Virus record (IMG/VR): IMGVR_UViG_3300038415_000014
Location: 32,001 to 96,000 of that record
DNA length: 64,000 nucleotides
Source of the DNA: a virus
Strand: one strand, 5' to 3'
The position numbers and the translations under genes are program-made. Under the pieces are notes generated by a model. That model searched no databases and was not told the origin of the DNA. It saw nothing but the letters and a program-made list of their open reading frames with translations. The first letter of the stretch is position 1. The number at the start of each line of letters is the position of its first letter. Positions 47,389 to 56,551 of this stretch are shown here, piece by piece.

Positions 47389-49011
47389 CTACTTGCCTGG
47401 GTCCAGGACTCCTTCATCAATCAGCCGCCCAAGAAGATAGTCCGGGTCCGCGTAGGGCTCGTCTTCTCGTACCAGGAAGTAGCGAAGAGTTGGATCGGAG
47501 TGAATGAGGTTCTCCTTGATCCGGTCACGCTCTTGGAGCGCGAAGAACTGAGCCTCGTCTTTGAAGTAGAAGTTGGGGAAGGTCCAGTGTTGGTAACCAT
47601 GGAACTCAACCACCAAGTTGAACTTAGGGAAATACCCATCATAACGGAAAGACCACCCTGTGATCGGGTTCACTGCCCACTTTGGGGACCACTCGACCTC
47701 GTAGGCCGCTCCACCCAGAACCTGGGATAGGTTCTCCAAACATAAAGCTTCTTGAATATGCTTCCTAGATACCTCTAGCCCATGACGTTCGCACTCACGC
47801 TTGATAGTCACGAAGGCATGGTCCAGTGCGGCCATCGCTCTCCCAACTGAGATCTTTCCGTTCTTGAGCTTGAATGAGCTGAGCAAGTCCTTGTCTAGTT
47901 GAATTAGATCAACGGACCTCCAGAACTTCGTTGACCGAATCTCCTTCATGGAGGTAGCTAGCTTTTCAGCGGCCCTTGCTATCGATGGATCTGTGTCCTT
48001 GGTATGCCCTAACTTCCAACCAGCAGAGTTAGACATATTTCTTTTAGTTTCTTCAGTCTTGACTCGAATTAGAGAGTTGAGAGCGATGACTTGGGTTCCA
48101 GGGAAGACCTTTTGGTACTCACCCTCTAATTCTGGATGGGCATTACGAATGTGACTCACCAAGCTCTCAGCACGGTAACCACAAGCTTGGCAAGTCACAT
48201 AGTCTAGGCCCTCCACAAGAGTAGACCACCGGAGTTCCTCATCCAACTCAATGCAATCAGGACATCTTGACTCATGCATCCCAGGAGCGAAGGTCAATCC
48301 TACAAGTCGAGGTTTATTGCATGAGGGGCATCGAATCTCCTTAGTCAGACCCTTGCGAGGATTCTCTTGGTGCTGACGAGTAGCGATCTCAGATCTTGCT
48401 GATTTTAGGTTTTCTGATTGGACTTCAGCATTGGAGAACTTAGCTCGATACTCAACAATACTCAGGCTATGTCCAGAAGACACATGACGATCAATTCGAA
48501 CACCACGATGTCCACAGATTAAGCATCGAACGAAGTCAACACCTTCTTCTTGTCCAGCCCATACTGAGTCTTCTTGGGCTTCTTGATACTTGTCGTGCTC
48601 TCTGTCGTCAACCTGGGCAAGGTGCATAGCCAAACCCTTGATCCCTACACATCCCTGGTTACAGACCGGGCAAGTCCTATCCACCCCTCGTTCAGACTCT
48701 GAGCAAGTAGCACACAGAAGCTTTGTTGAACGAGCTTTTCGAATAAGGTTGACCTGGATGGAAGCCCCGCATGATATACAAGACTCAGTAACCTTCCTGA
48801 CTTGGTAAGTTGAACCCTTCTTGGAATGCCCTACAGCTGCTGCAGCCTTTGATTGGAGTCTCTTACCCCTAGTATCGAAAGCTTCCTTACCAAACCACTC
48901 AACCCATTGCTTTCGGAGGGTATTCGGGCTCGTCTTGAGACGAGCTGCTACTGCCTTGAAAGGCTCTTCAGTGTCAAAGGCCTGATGCGCCAACGTCCTC
49001 TTGTCCGTCAT
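47389..49011 (-). CDS. Putative homing endonuclease: HTH, multiple zinc fingers, NUMOD3-like motif and Vsr/DUF559-like nuclease
   Basis: C-terminal FRYDGYFPKFNLVVEFHGYQH...ERDRIK; C2H2-like CLICG...RHVSSGH and CQACG...SHIRNAH; start set at ATG 49011 below the promoter. Confidence 0.75.
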   Translation of the reverse strand: MTDKRTLAHQAFDTEEPFKAVAARLKTSPNTLRKQWVEWFGKEAFDTRGKRLQSKAAAAVGHSKKGSTYQVRKVTESCISCGASIQVNLIRKARSTKLLCATCSESERGVDRTCPVCNQGCVGIKGLAMHLAQVDDREHDKYQEAQEDSVWAGQEEGVDFVRCLICGHRGVRIDRHVSSGHSLSIVEYRAKFSNAEVQSENLKSARSEIATRQHQENPRKGLTKEIRCPSCNKPRLVGLTFAPGMHESRCPDCIELDEELRWSTLVEGLDYVTCQACGYRAESLVSHIRNAHPELEGEYQKVFPGTQVIALNSLIRVKTEETKRNMSNSAGWKLGHTKDTDPSIARAAEKLATSMKEIRSTKFWRSVDLIQLDKDLLSSFKLKNGKISVGRAMAALDHAFVTIKRECERHGLEVSRKHIQEALCLENLSQVLGGAAYEVEWSPKWAVNPITGWSFRYDGYFPKFNLVVEFHGYQHWTFPNFYFKDEAQFFALQERDRIKENLIHSDPTLRYFLVREDEPYADPDYLLGRLIDEGVLDPGK

Positions 49012-49044
49012 GGTGTCCCAACCACTATAGTACAAGAGGACGTT
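48992..49044. repeat. Perfect 13-bp inverted repeat enclosing the -10 box, RBS and start codon
   Basis: aacgtcctcttgt (48992-49004) and acaagaggacgtt (49032-49044), 27-nt loop. Confidence 0.9.
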
Positions 49045-49051
49045 CTGTCAA
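49024..49051 (-). promoter_or_regulatory. Sigma70-type promoter of the endonuclease gene
   Basis: TTGACA-16 nt-TATAGT, 12 nt upstream of ATG 49011. Confidence 0.7.
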
Positions 49052-49099
49052 GCAATCTGTTTGCTTACGGGGTCTGACTTATCGAAAAACCTAATAATT

Positions 49100-52000
49100 T
49101 CAGATACTTGCGCGCAGATTGAATGTCAGGACCAAATAGAGCAATGGGAAGATTGGTTGATAGTACGCTTCAGCATCCAATGTAGTTGGGTCATTGGCAT
49201 CAACCGTAGCCGAGATGCCGGTGAAGGCAGCCACGATCTCTTGCTGAATCAACTGCTTGAAGAACGAAGTCAGGCTGACTTCAACCTCGTTGGTCCTCGT
49301 GGACAAGAACTTGGTACCCACGAAGGCATCGAGGATCGACCTGGAACCCTTGGACACGTAGTCCGCGATCTGGGTCACCGTCGGCAGCCTGGTCAGGACC
49401 GAGGTCATGTTGGTCGTGAGACCCTGACGAATCCTGATGATGGGCTGCAGGTCTTCGAGGACTGTGATACCAGCGACAGCCGTCTGATTGGCCTCGACCG
49501 GATCCATGATCCTCGGGATTCGAGTGAACCCTTGGATATGCCTGTGCGTGTACGGGGTGGCTACGTCGACCGCCGGTGAGCAAACCGCGCCTGCTACTGC
49601 AGCCGCGTAGAACGTACCGTCAACCAACGACTCGTAGGTGTTGCCCAACTCGTCGGTGAATGTGACCACACCTGAATCTGGGTAGAGCGCTACAATCCTT
49701 GAGCTGAAGAGGTTCCTTGCAACCGTCTGAGCTGAGGTCGGAGTAGTACCACTCGCGAAGCCAATCATGCCCATTCGCTCTGACTGGTTGCGAATGTTGC
49801 TCATGACTTCACAATGCTGGGTCAGATACGAGTAGACCGAAGTGTCCGTGCTGAGTGGTACGAGCACATCGGGCTTGATGTTTCCCGGCAGAGGAGTGGC
49901 CAAGCCTTGGATTGCCGCGATGAAGTCGGCAGCTGACCCTTGGTTTGTATTAGTGACCTTCTTGACCTGGGTGATGCCTACCAAGACTGCTCCGTTGAGG
50001 ATCGCCAGGTACGCAGCCAGGGTGACCCGGTTGGTAGAGTTGAGCTCACCGTAGTTGGCTTGGATGGTCTTGAACGTCGTGTAGATCTTCGACGAGAAGT
50101 CCTGCTTCATGTACAGGTAACTGATGTAGTAGTAGTCACCATTCGCAGGTTCCAACCCGCTTGGGTTGAAGGTCTGGACGTTGGCCGTATCGTTCACCCC
50201 AACACCAACGGTATTGGTGACGATGGTCTCCAACCCCGGGATGTAGTAGTACGGAACCCCTGGGTTGACCAAAAAGGTCTGGGAGATGACTAGGGTGAAG
50301 GTACCATTCGTTGCGTACGGGGTTGTAGGAGCCGTTGCACACGGTAGGATCGTGAACCTCAGACCTGTAACAGCATCCATGTAGGTCTGTCCCGGGATAC
50401 CGGTACCAGACGAACCATTCGGGTTCGAGGATGTTACTACGAAGTTGTTGGTTGCACTCTCACCATTGTCACCGGAGGTACCCGGTACGATCCCAGTCCC
50501 AGCAGTAGAGTTGAATGCCGAGTGAGTACCATCGACGAATCCAACACTTGAGGCTACTGCGCCCACCGTAAGTGACTCAATAGTCAGATAGGTCTGATTA
50601 TTGATAACATCCGGATAGGCTACACAACCATTCACATTGGGGGTCGGAGAACCAGACCACGAAGTGACCGCAAAGTTAGCTGTACCCATGAGGGCATCAA
50701 CAACCTCTTGGACGCTCACCAAGGTCTGACTGGCAGACTGACCCTCAGTATACCCTAGGACTGAGTTGGCAGTACCACCTTGGATCAGAACAGCTGACTG
50801 AGGTGAGTTGTTACTGCTGGTGATCCTGACCTTGTTCAGATTACCCAAGGTAGCATCTGAGGCTGCGCCTTGAGACGTGATAACCGAGGTGATCTGGCTC
50901 GCAATCACTCCAGCCGATTGCGATTGAATATCAACCGCAACAGTACCGGCGAAGGTTGTGTCAGGTACGATACTCAGAGAGGCAGTCGATGACGCTGTAA
51001 TAGTAAACGTAGTCGTCGTATTGACTGCTGTTTCAGTGACTCCACCGAATGACAGCGTTACCCCAGTAGTTCCTGAGGTAGGAACAACGGTAAGGGTTAC
51101 CGTGTATACTGCACCGATGATCGCTGCCATCGGATTGGTTAAGGCTGCTGTATTACCACTTGTATGGGTGAAGGTGGGGTAAGGCCCCGCCCAGCCAGTA
51201 CCTGTAACCCAACCTGTGGTAGGCGTTATCTCGTTGCTGAGGGTGACCTGGAAGTCAACTCCGTTGACCCTAACCTTGAACACATCGTTCAAGCCAGTGG
51301 TGATATTGAACGGACCTGGGATAGACCCGAGCAAAGTAGCTGGCTTGTTGATCGCACCTGGGGTTCCAGAAGCAGTCTGGAACGTGGTGAACCCGAGGAG
51401 AGTCTCCGCTGTACCCTGATCAATGGTGACACTACTCTTCTGGTCGAAACCACCAGGTAGTGATGCCGGAGTCGAGTATCCTCGAATCACGAAGAAGGTG
51501 CTGCTCGACCCAGGACCTGGGATTGGTGTAAACAGGTAATTAGGAGCCGTTCCTGAGAACGCGGCGTTGGCATCGATGACGCCATTGACTGCTGTTGCTA
51601 CCCCAGCTGGGGTAATCGTACCTGCAGACAACGAAACCGCGATAGCCACTCCGTCAATGGTGAGGTTGAGGGTAGCCCCTCCAACCGGTATGGTGATGTC
51701 CCCACCACTCAGTGGAACTTCCTGGCTCACCAAGTAAGCTCTGGCAGCTGAGCTCAACAGAGTAGTTACTGGGGTTCCATTGACATTGGTCCTCCAGGTA
51801 TCTGAGGCGCCACTGTAGAACGAATAGGGCTGGGCTCCTAGGTTCGTGTATACAGCATTACGGGCTACCGTTTGACCGAAGGTGACTGTGACAGTCTCAC
51901 TCACCGGGGTCCCACCAACATGCATGGCATCTGGGATCTGCTCGACTCCCCGCGGCCACTGAACGGTCTGAGTGAGACCTCCGCCCTTGGTTCCAAAACG

Positions 52001-53707
52001 AACTTGGTACAGACCTTTGTTGAACAGGGTCGAGAACACGTTGTACTGACCAACCCCAAGCGGTCCTGGAACCGTATTGGTGAGGATGTACGTGTCGTCT
52101 ACAATCCTGTTGTAATAGAAGGTGGCGTAGACATTCCAATCTGGTGGTAGCGCAGTCTTGAGGGTGATCTTCTGGTTGGGTCCGTCAACCGCGAGTACGG
52201 TTGCCGCCGGACGACCAAGAGCATCTTCAAGAGTCCTACCCACACGAGCCACAACGAGGTCGGGTCGGTTCGTGACCAGGTCCTGACGGTTGTTGGCAAC
52301 CGCGTTGAACAAGGACTGCCCAAGAACTGTGTCACGCCCGTTACCTGTTGTAGGAATCTCAGGTAGGAGGAACACGGTGTTGCTGACAACCGCCGGGACC
52401 ACCGTAGTGTCAACGAACGGGGCGCATTGTACTAAGTACAACTTGTCATCAACCAGGGTCGGAACAATCTGCGAGGAAGCGAAAGGTTCGGTCCCAGGAG
52501 TGTTCAAGGTCGAGGACACCGAGTAGCTAGTTCCCCAATGAACGATTGAGACGTCTGGGGTCGGGTTCACGACTACGAAGTCTTGGTTCTGGATGTAGTC
52601 TGAACGACCAGCGCTGATACCACAACGAATGACGCTCGTCACCAACGTGTTGGGGAGGTAGTCGAACGTATCCTGCCAAGTATTGGCCCAGTAGTTGATC
52701 GTGACCACGGAGCCAGGAGGGGGCGCCAGAGCCAGGGTAACAATGCCATTAGTCCCGTCTACTGCGGTCGGGATGACCTGGACATTGTTGACCTTGACCA
52801 CGACCTTAGAGGTGTCCGTGGTAGTGATGCCGCCAGAGGTTCCGTCTACGATGGGGCGTTGAAACACTCGGAACTGAGTATTGCCATTTGCAGATTGACC
52901 TGCAGACAACCCGAGGATGCCATTGATCGTCCCTGACCCGATACTCACTGAGGAGGCTGCTGTTAGGACCAGATGATTGAGACCTTCGTTGTCCGTAAAC
53001 ACCGAAGTCTGGAGTCCAACAATAGCAGCTGCGTCGATTTGATTCTTCAAGCTCAAAGCTGTTGAAGACCCAGCAATGAAAGTAACAGTCGTGGAGGACC
53101 CACCGTTCACTCCGACAATCAGAGTATCGTTGACACTCGCCACGATGACGAATGGCTCGAACCCTGGGGTCGTGATAGATGGGTTGACCGACGATACCTG
53201 AGCGGATACATCGTCCGTGAAGGCGGTGTCGCCTCGGTGAAAGTAATAGGTGACCCGGACTGTGTCCGTTGGTTGCGGGGGAACTTGAAGGGTGATCTCA
53301 CCCAAGGATCCAAGCACACTTCCAATAGCCACCGGGCTACCATTCACGGTCACGGTTACGGATCGAACATCATTAGTGACGCGGCCCATGCCTTGGCCGT
53401 CTACTATCGGGATGTTGCGAACTTGGAAGGTTACCCGAGTCCCATCATTTGCCCCAAGAACTGGGTTGTTGGGGTTCGTGTTGTCCACGATCCAGCGCAA
53501 GGTTACGTCTTCACTGACGATCTGTTCATCGAGCGTAGACGAAGAACCGCGCACCATTTCGAGGTCATCTTGCTCCAGCTCTTCCTGACCGACACCAATA
53601 ATGAATGGTAGTCGGAGGCCAGCAATGAGCGAAGCAACGTTTGCCTCGGTCAGAGTGCGGGAGTAAACACCTGGAGGAAGGTATGTCGCGAAAGGGCCGA
53701 AACTCAT
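49100..53707 (-). CDS. Tail sheath protein, 1535 aa with large inserted domains
   Basis: N-terminal PGVYSRT...IIGVG; C-terminal IRIRQGLTT...VTQIADYVSKG...FVGTK...YYQPIFPLLYLVLTF; GGAG RBS. Confidence 0.92.
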   Translation of the reverse strand: MSFGPFATYLPPGVYSRTLTEANVASLIAGLRLPFIIGVGQEELEQDDLEMVRGSSSTLDEQIVSEDVTLRWIVDNTNPNNPVLGANDGTRVTFQVRNIPIVDGQGMGRVTNDVRSVTVTVNGSPVAIGSVLGSLGEITLQVPPQPTDTVRVTYYFHRGDTAFTDDVSAQVSSVNPSITTPGFEPFVIVASVNDTLIVGVNGGSSTTVTFIAGSSTALSLKNQIDAAAIVGLQTSVFTDNEGLNHLVLTAASSVSIGSGTINGILGLSAGQSANGNTQFRVFQRPIVDGTSGGITTTDTSKVVVKVNNVQVIPTAVDGTNGIVTLALAPPPGSVVTINYWANTWQDTFDYLPNTLVTSVIRCGISAGRSDYIQNQDFVVVNPTPDVSIVHWGTSYSVSSTLNTPGTEPFASSQIVPTLVDDKLYLVQCAPFVDTTVVPAVVSNTVFLLPEIPTTGNGRDTVLGQSLFNAVANNRQDLVTNRPDLVVARVGRTLEDALGRPAATVLAVDGPNQKITLKTALPPDWNVYATFYYNRIVDDTYILTNTVPGPLGVGQYNVFSTLFNKGLYQVRFGTKGGGLTQTVQWPRGVEQIPDAMHVGGTPVSETVTVTFGQTVARNAVYTNLGAQPYSFYSGASDTWRTNVNGTPVTTLLSSAARAYLVSQEVPLSGGDITIPVGGATLNLTIDGVAIAVSLSAGTITPAGVATAVNGVIDANAAFSGTAPNYLFTPIPGPGSSSTFFVIRGYSTPASLPGGFDQKSSVTIDQGTAETLLGFTTFQTASGTPGAINKPATLLGSIPGPFNITTGLNDVFKVRVNGVDFQVTLSNEITPTTGWVTGTGWAGPYPTFTHTSGNTAALTNPMAAIIGAVYTVTLTVVPTSGTTGVTLSFGGVTETAVNTTTTFTITASSTASLSIVPDTTFAGTVAVDIQSQSAGVIASQITSVITSQGAASDATLGNLNKVRITSSNNSPQSAVLIQGGTANSVLGYTEGQSASQTLVSVQEVVDALMGTANFAVTSWSGSPTPNVNGCVAYPDVINNQTYLTIESLTVGAVASSVGFVDGTHSAFNSTAGTGIVPGTSGDNGESATNNFVVTSSNPNGSSGTGIPGQTYMDAVTGLRFTILPCATAPTTPYATNGTFTLVISQTFLVNPGVPYYYIPGLETIVTNTVGVGVNDTANVQTFNPSGLEPANGDYYYISYLYMKQDFSSKIYTTFKTIQANYGELNSTNRVTLAAYLAILNGAVLVGITQVKKVTNTNQGSAADFIAAIQGLATPLPGNIKPDVLVPLSTDTSVYSYLTQHCEVMSNIRNQSERMGMIGFASGTTPTSAQTVARNLFSSRIVALYPDSGVVTFTDELGNTYESLVDGTFYAAAVAGAVCSPAVDVATPYTHRHIQGFTRIPRIMDPVEANQTAVAGITVLEDLQPIIRIRQGLTTNMTSVLTRLPTVTQIADYVSKGSRSILDAFVGTKFLSTRTNEVEVSLTSFFKQLIQQEIVAAFTGISATVDANDPTTLDAEAYYQPIFPLLYLVLTFNLRASI

Positions 53708-53762
53708 GATAAATCTCCTGACTCAAATAGTCTGAACAGGTCTGATTTCGATTTGATCTTAG

Positions 53763-53784
53763 AAGTAGCCTGTCAAGGCTACCT
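53763..53784 (-). promoter_or_regulatory. Stable hairpin in the sheath leader region
   Basis: GTAGCCT-TGAC-AGGCTAC perfect 7-bp stem, extendable by G-U and A-U pairs; weak U tract. Confidence 0.5.
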
Positions 53785-53884
53785 AATAGATAGAACAGTG
53801 GTTCATCTGAGTCTGGATTTACATTTCATGCCCGGCCCTTAGAACCGGATGAACTTCTTAACTTTGACTACGCGGAACAAGACT

Positions 53885-54322
53885 TTATTGGGCGGGCTTC
53901 CCTGGCTGTTGTCTTTCGATGTCCACAGCCAGATCTACAAGTTTTGCGCGAGCATCCAGTTGAGGCTGGCCCATTGCTGCATAATCTGTATAGCCGTCAC
54001 CATCTAGTCGCTCAAGAGCAGCACTCCCACCAACCTGCCTCACTTGCTTCTTGACTTTATCCCTCTCCCGATAAGTAGCCCATCGAGCCTCAGCACTTCT
54101 ACCGACTACCTTGTCTGCACTTGGGTAGTCTTGATCATGGACTCCTGAGTTAGCTGGGGCAGTACCACCAGCGGCGAACCCGAATCCGAAGGCTGACTTA
54201 TCAAACAGCCTAGGTGCTTCCTCCTTACATGAAGGGCATGGGTGAGTTGGGTGGTCCCCCATCTTCAAAGTACGGTCAAACCTAGTCGAGCATTGTTGAC
54301 ACTCGAAGGTGTAGCGAGGCAT
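53885..54322 (-). CDS. FmdB-family zinc-ribbon protein
   Basis: MPRYTFECQQC...CPSC...RLF. Confidence 0.8.
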   Translation of the reverse strand: MPRYTFECQQCSTRFDRTLKMGDHPTHPCPSCKEEAPRLFDKSAFGFGFAAGGTAPANSGVHDQDYPSADKVVGRSAEARWATYRERDKVKKQVRQVGGSAALERLDGDGYTDYAAMGQPQLDARAKLVDLAVDIERQQPGKPAQ

Positions 54323-54334
54323 ATTGAACCCCTT

Positions 54335-55498
54335 TCATCCGATCCGTTCGTAATTTGCATTTCGCCCAGGTATAGTGGGCGTAGTATTGAAGAAAAGTGA
54401 AGCTTGTGAGAGAGCTTGGATGCTTGGGGTTCCATCCGACTTCGTGTATGCCGACACTTTACTGATCGTGTACGGTATCGGGATATGCATCTCCCAGTCA
54501 GATTGAATCTGAACTGTCATCGAGGAATTGTAGTAGTACAACTCGGCGGAGTCATCGTAGATCTCTTCTGACTCACCACCCATCGAAGTATCCATCACTT
54601 CGAGGCCCTCAAAGGACAGAGCGCTACGCTTCTCTCCCCAGAGGTACATGAGCACTAGGTCAGCGATCTCCTCCGACTGCATTGGGTCCCGAGAGATCAC
54701 ATCGAGGTCGAATGATATATCGAACCGTCCACCATAGGCTTGCGCGGTCTCTACTCGATCCGAGTACACGACGATGGCTTGCTTGTCACCAGTCTTGCCC
54801 CTCTTACCAAAGGCGAGTACCACACCAGGAAGGGTCTTCCAGTCCGCCATGTTCCAAGCCCACCTGATAGGACCAATCGAGGGGGCCGCATACCGGTATC
54901 CAGCTGTGACTATGGTCCCAGGGAAGAAACCACTCTTGAAAGTGATCTCTTGGTTAGCATAGTCAACAGTATAGTCTGAACCCTCAACAAGCAATTGGTT
55001 TCGGTTCGCCCACAACCTCAGGGTTCCTTGGACGGGCTGATTCTGGATAGCGGCTGAGATTACAACTCCAGATTGAGTTTGAATGATTGGCTCATCGTTA
55101 ACCGTCAGAAGAGGGTCAATGATGAACTCCCCAAACTCCCCAGGCATTGTAGGGGCCGAAAGACACTCTATATAGTAGACCCCAGCGGGGATAGGCATCC
55201 CCCCGCACTCCTTGACCTTGTTCAGATCCTCTCTGACCCACTCAAGTAAGTAGGCTGGCTCATTGTAGTACGTCAACATGACGTGGCTCTCAATGGTTCC
55301 AAGGAAGTTCTGAGGGGATACTTGAACCTTGTTCGCAGAGGACCCCTTCACCACGATGCCATACTGAGGTCGCTCGTCAAAGGCAAATCGATTCTGTATA
55401 AACGGTACGATCTTTTCGAAGACAGGATGCCTAGAAAAGCTGTCCTGCAACTCAAGTATGAGCCGGCGCTTCAACGAGGATATCAGGTAGAAGTACAT
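54335..55498 (-). CDS. Tail terminator/completion protein with inserted beta domain
   Basis: FDISFDLDVISRDPMQSEEIADLV...YYNSSMTVQIQSDWE; position before the sheath. Confidence 0.6.
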   Translation of the reverse strand: MYFYLISSLKRRLILELQDSFSRHPVFEKIVPFIQNRFAFDERPQYGIVVKGSSANKVQVSPQNFLGTIESHVMLTYYNEPAYLLEWVREDLNKVKECGGMPIPAGVYYIECLSAPTMPGEFGEFIIDPLLTVNDEPIIQTQSGVVISAAIQNQPVQGTLRLWANRNQLLVEGSDYTVDYANQEITFKSGFFPGTIVTAGYRYAAPSIGPIRWAWNMADWKTLPGVVLAFGKRGKTGDKQAIVVYSDRVETAQAYGGRFDISFDLDVISRDPMQSEEIADLVLMYLWGEKRSALSFEGLEVMDTSMGGESEEIYDDSAELYYYNSSMTVQIQSDWEMHIPIPYTISKVSAYTKSDGTPSIQALSQASLFFNTTPTIPGRNANYERIG

Positions 55499-56535
55499 CA
55501 GTCCTTGTACTCATGGCCAGCGAGAACCAACAACCCATCGGCTACCGCATCCAAAGGTCGCTCAACCCTGAATACCTTCGAGATTGGGATTGGGAATCCC
55601 TTCTTCCTGATGGTGTTGAACTCCTCATTGAACACATCCATGAAGCCACCGGCTAAAGAAGTACCTCCAGAGACAACTAGGGGTATCTCATCCAAGTGAT
55701 CGTTTTGCTCTTGCTTGACTCTCTCAGAGATCTTCTCTAGACAATGACGGATCATCGTCCTGACATATAAGGATATTGCTTCAAGATCAGCATTTCCAAC
55801 CGGTGGAGTTGCGAGGTTGAACCCACCCTTCTCTTTCAGGGTACACATCCTCGCCGCTGTTGACCCGACTGCCTTTGCTGAGTGCAGGTCAACCCAGTCA
55901 CCACCACCTCGGGCGATGGAGAAGTTCAATCCCTTGATGCCATAAGAGGCAAGGGCCACATTGCACAAACCTGACCCAAACGAAATAGCTAACCCAGAAA
56001 ACTCAGTGTCAAAGCACTGAGAGTAGATGATGGCCATAGCCTCATTCGTGGACTGAGCCTTGTAACCAAGTCTAGTGATGATCTGATTGAACGAGTTTTC
56101 ATGGAACTTTACATCCTGATCCGGAAGGTCAATGGGGTCAGCTGGAACACTGTAGAAGCAGGGCTCATCCTTGCACGCCGGCTTACCTAATACGTTCTCG
56201 ATTAGGTTGTTGAGGACATGCTGAGCCTTTATGGCTCCTGGAGAGATCAATCCCTTGGAGAGGGGCCGCTTGACCTCCTGCTTGAACAAGTTTGCCATTT
56301 GGAAAGACTTGTCCCCGATGACTACGACTTCGCTTTGCTCCGGGAACTCTACGAAGGTGATGTTACTCATCTTCAGAGTCTTTTCATTCTCGGCATCAAT
56401 CTCGATATAGGCGTCTTTGACCCTCTTGTGATCGATCCCACCACTCTCATCGTACCTAGCGGCTACGAAGTTCATGGTACCTACATCCAAGCCTACTCCT
56501 AATGACTTATCTGACATCTGGGTATTCCTTTTCAT
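55498..56535 (-). CDS. Actin-fold ATPase, volactin-like
   Basis: GLDVGTMN (phosphate 1), NEAMA (connect 1), ISFGSG (phosphate 2), ARGGGDWVD, VVSGGTS (adenosine), PLDAVADG (connect 2). Likely start is ATG 56517. Confidence 0.88.
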   Translation of the reverse strand: MKRNTQMSDKSLGVGLDVGTMNFVAARYDESGGIDHKRVKDAYIEIDAENEKTLKMSNITFVEFPEQSEVVVIGDKSFQMANLFKQEVKRPLSKGLISPGAIKAQHVLNNLIENVLGKPACKDEPCFYSVPADPIDLPDQDVKFHENSFNQIITRLGYKAQSTNEAMAIIYSQCFDTEFSGLAISFGSGLCNVALASYGIKGLNFSIARGGGDWVDLHSAKAVGSTAARMCTLKEKGGFNLATPPVGNADLEAISLYVRTMIRHCLEKISERVKQEQNDHLDEIPLVVSGGTSLAGGFMDVFNEEFNTIRKKGFPIPISKVFRVERPLDAVADGLLVLAGHEYKD

Positions 56536-56551
56536 CTAATTTGATTGGGTT

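Noticed and set aside
49051-49067. Rho-independent terminator after the sheath gene
   Set aside because: Only a 6-bp AT-rich stem (AAGCAA/TTGCTT) with no U tract.
53750-53776. TTGACA in the sheath leader as a sigma70 promoter
   Set aside because: No -10 box at 16-18 nt spacing; the hexamer spans a hairpin loop.
55498-56535. Archaeal host implied by the volactin-like gene
   Set aside because: The GH73-like peptidoglycan hydrolase, sigma70-type promoter and GGAG RBS sites indicate a bacterial host.
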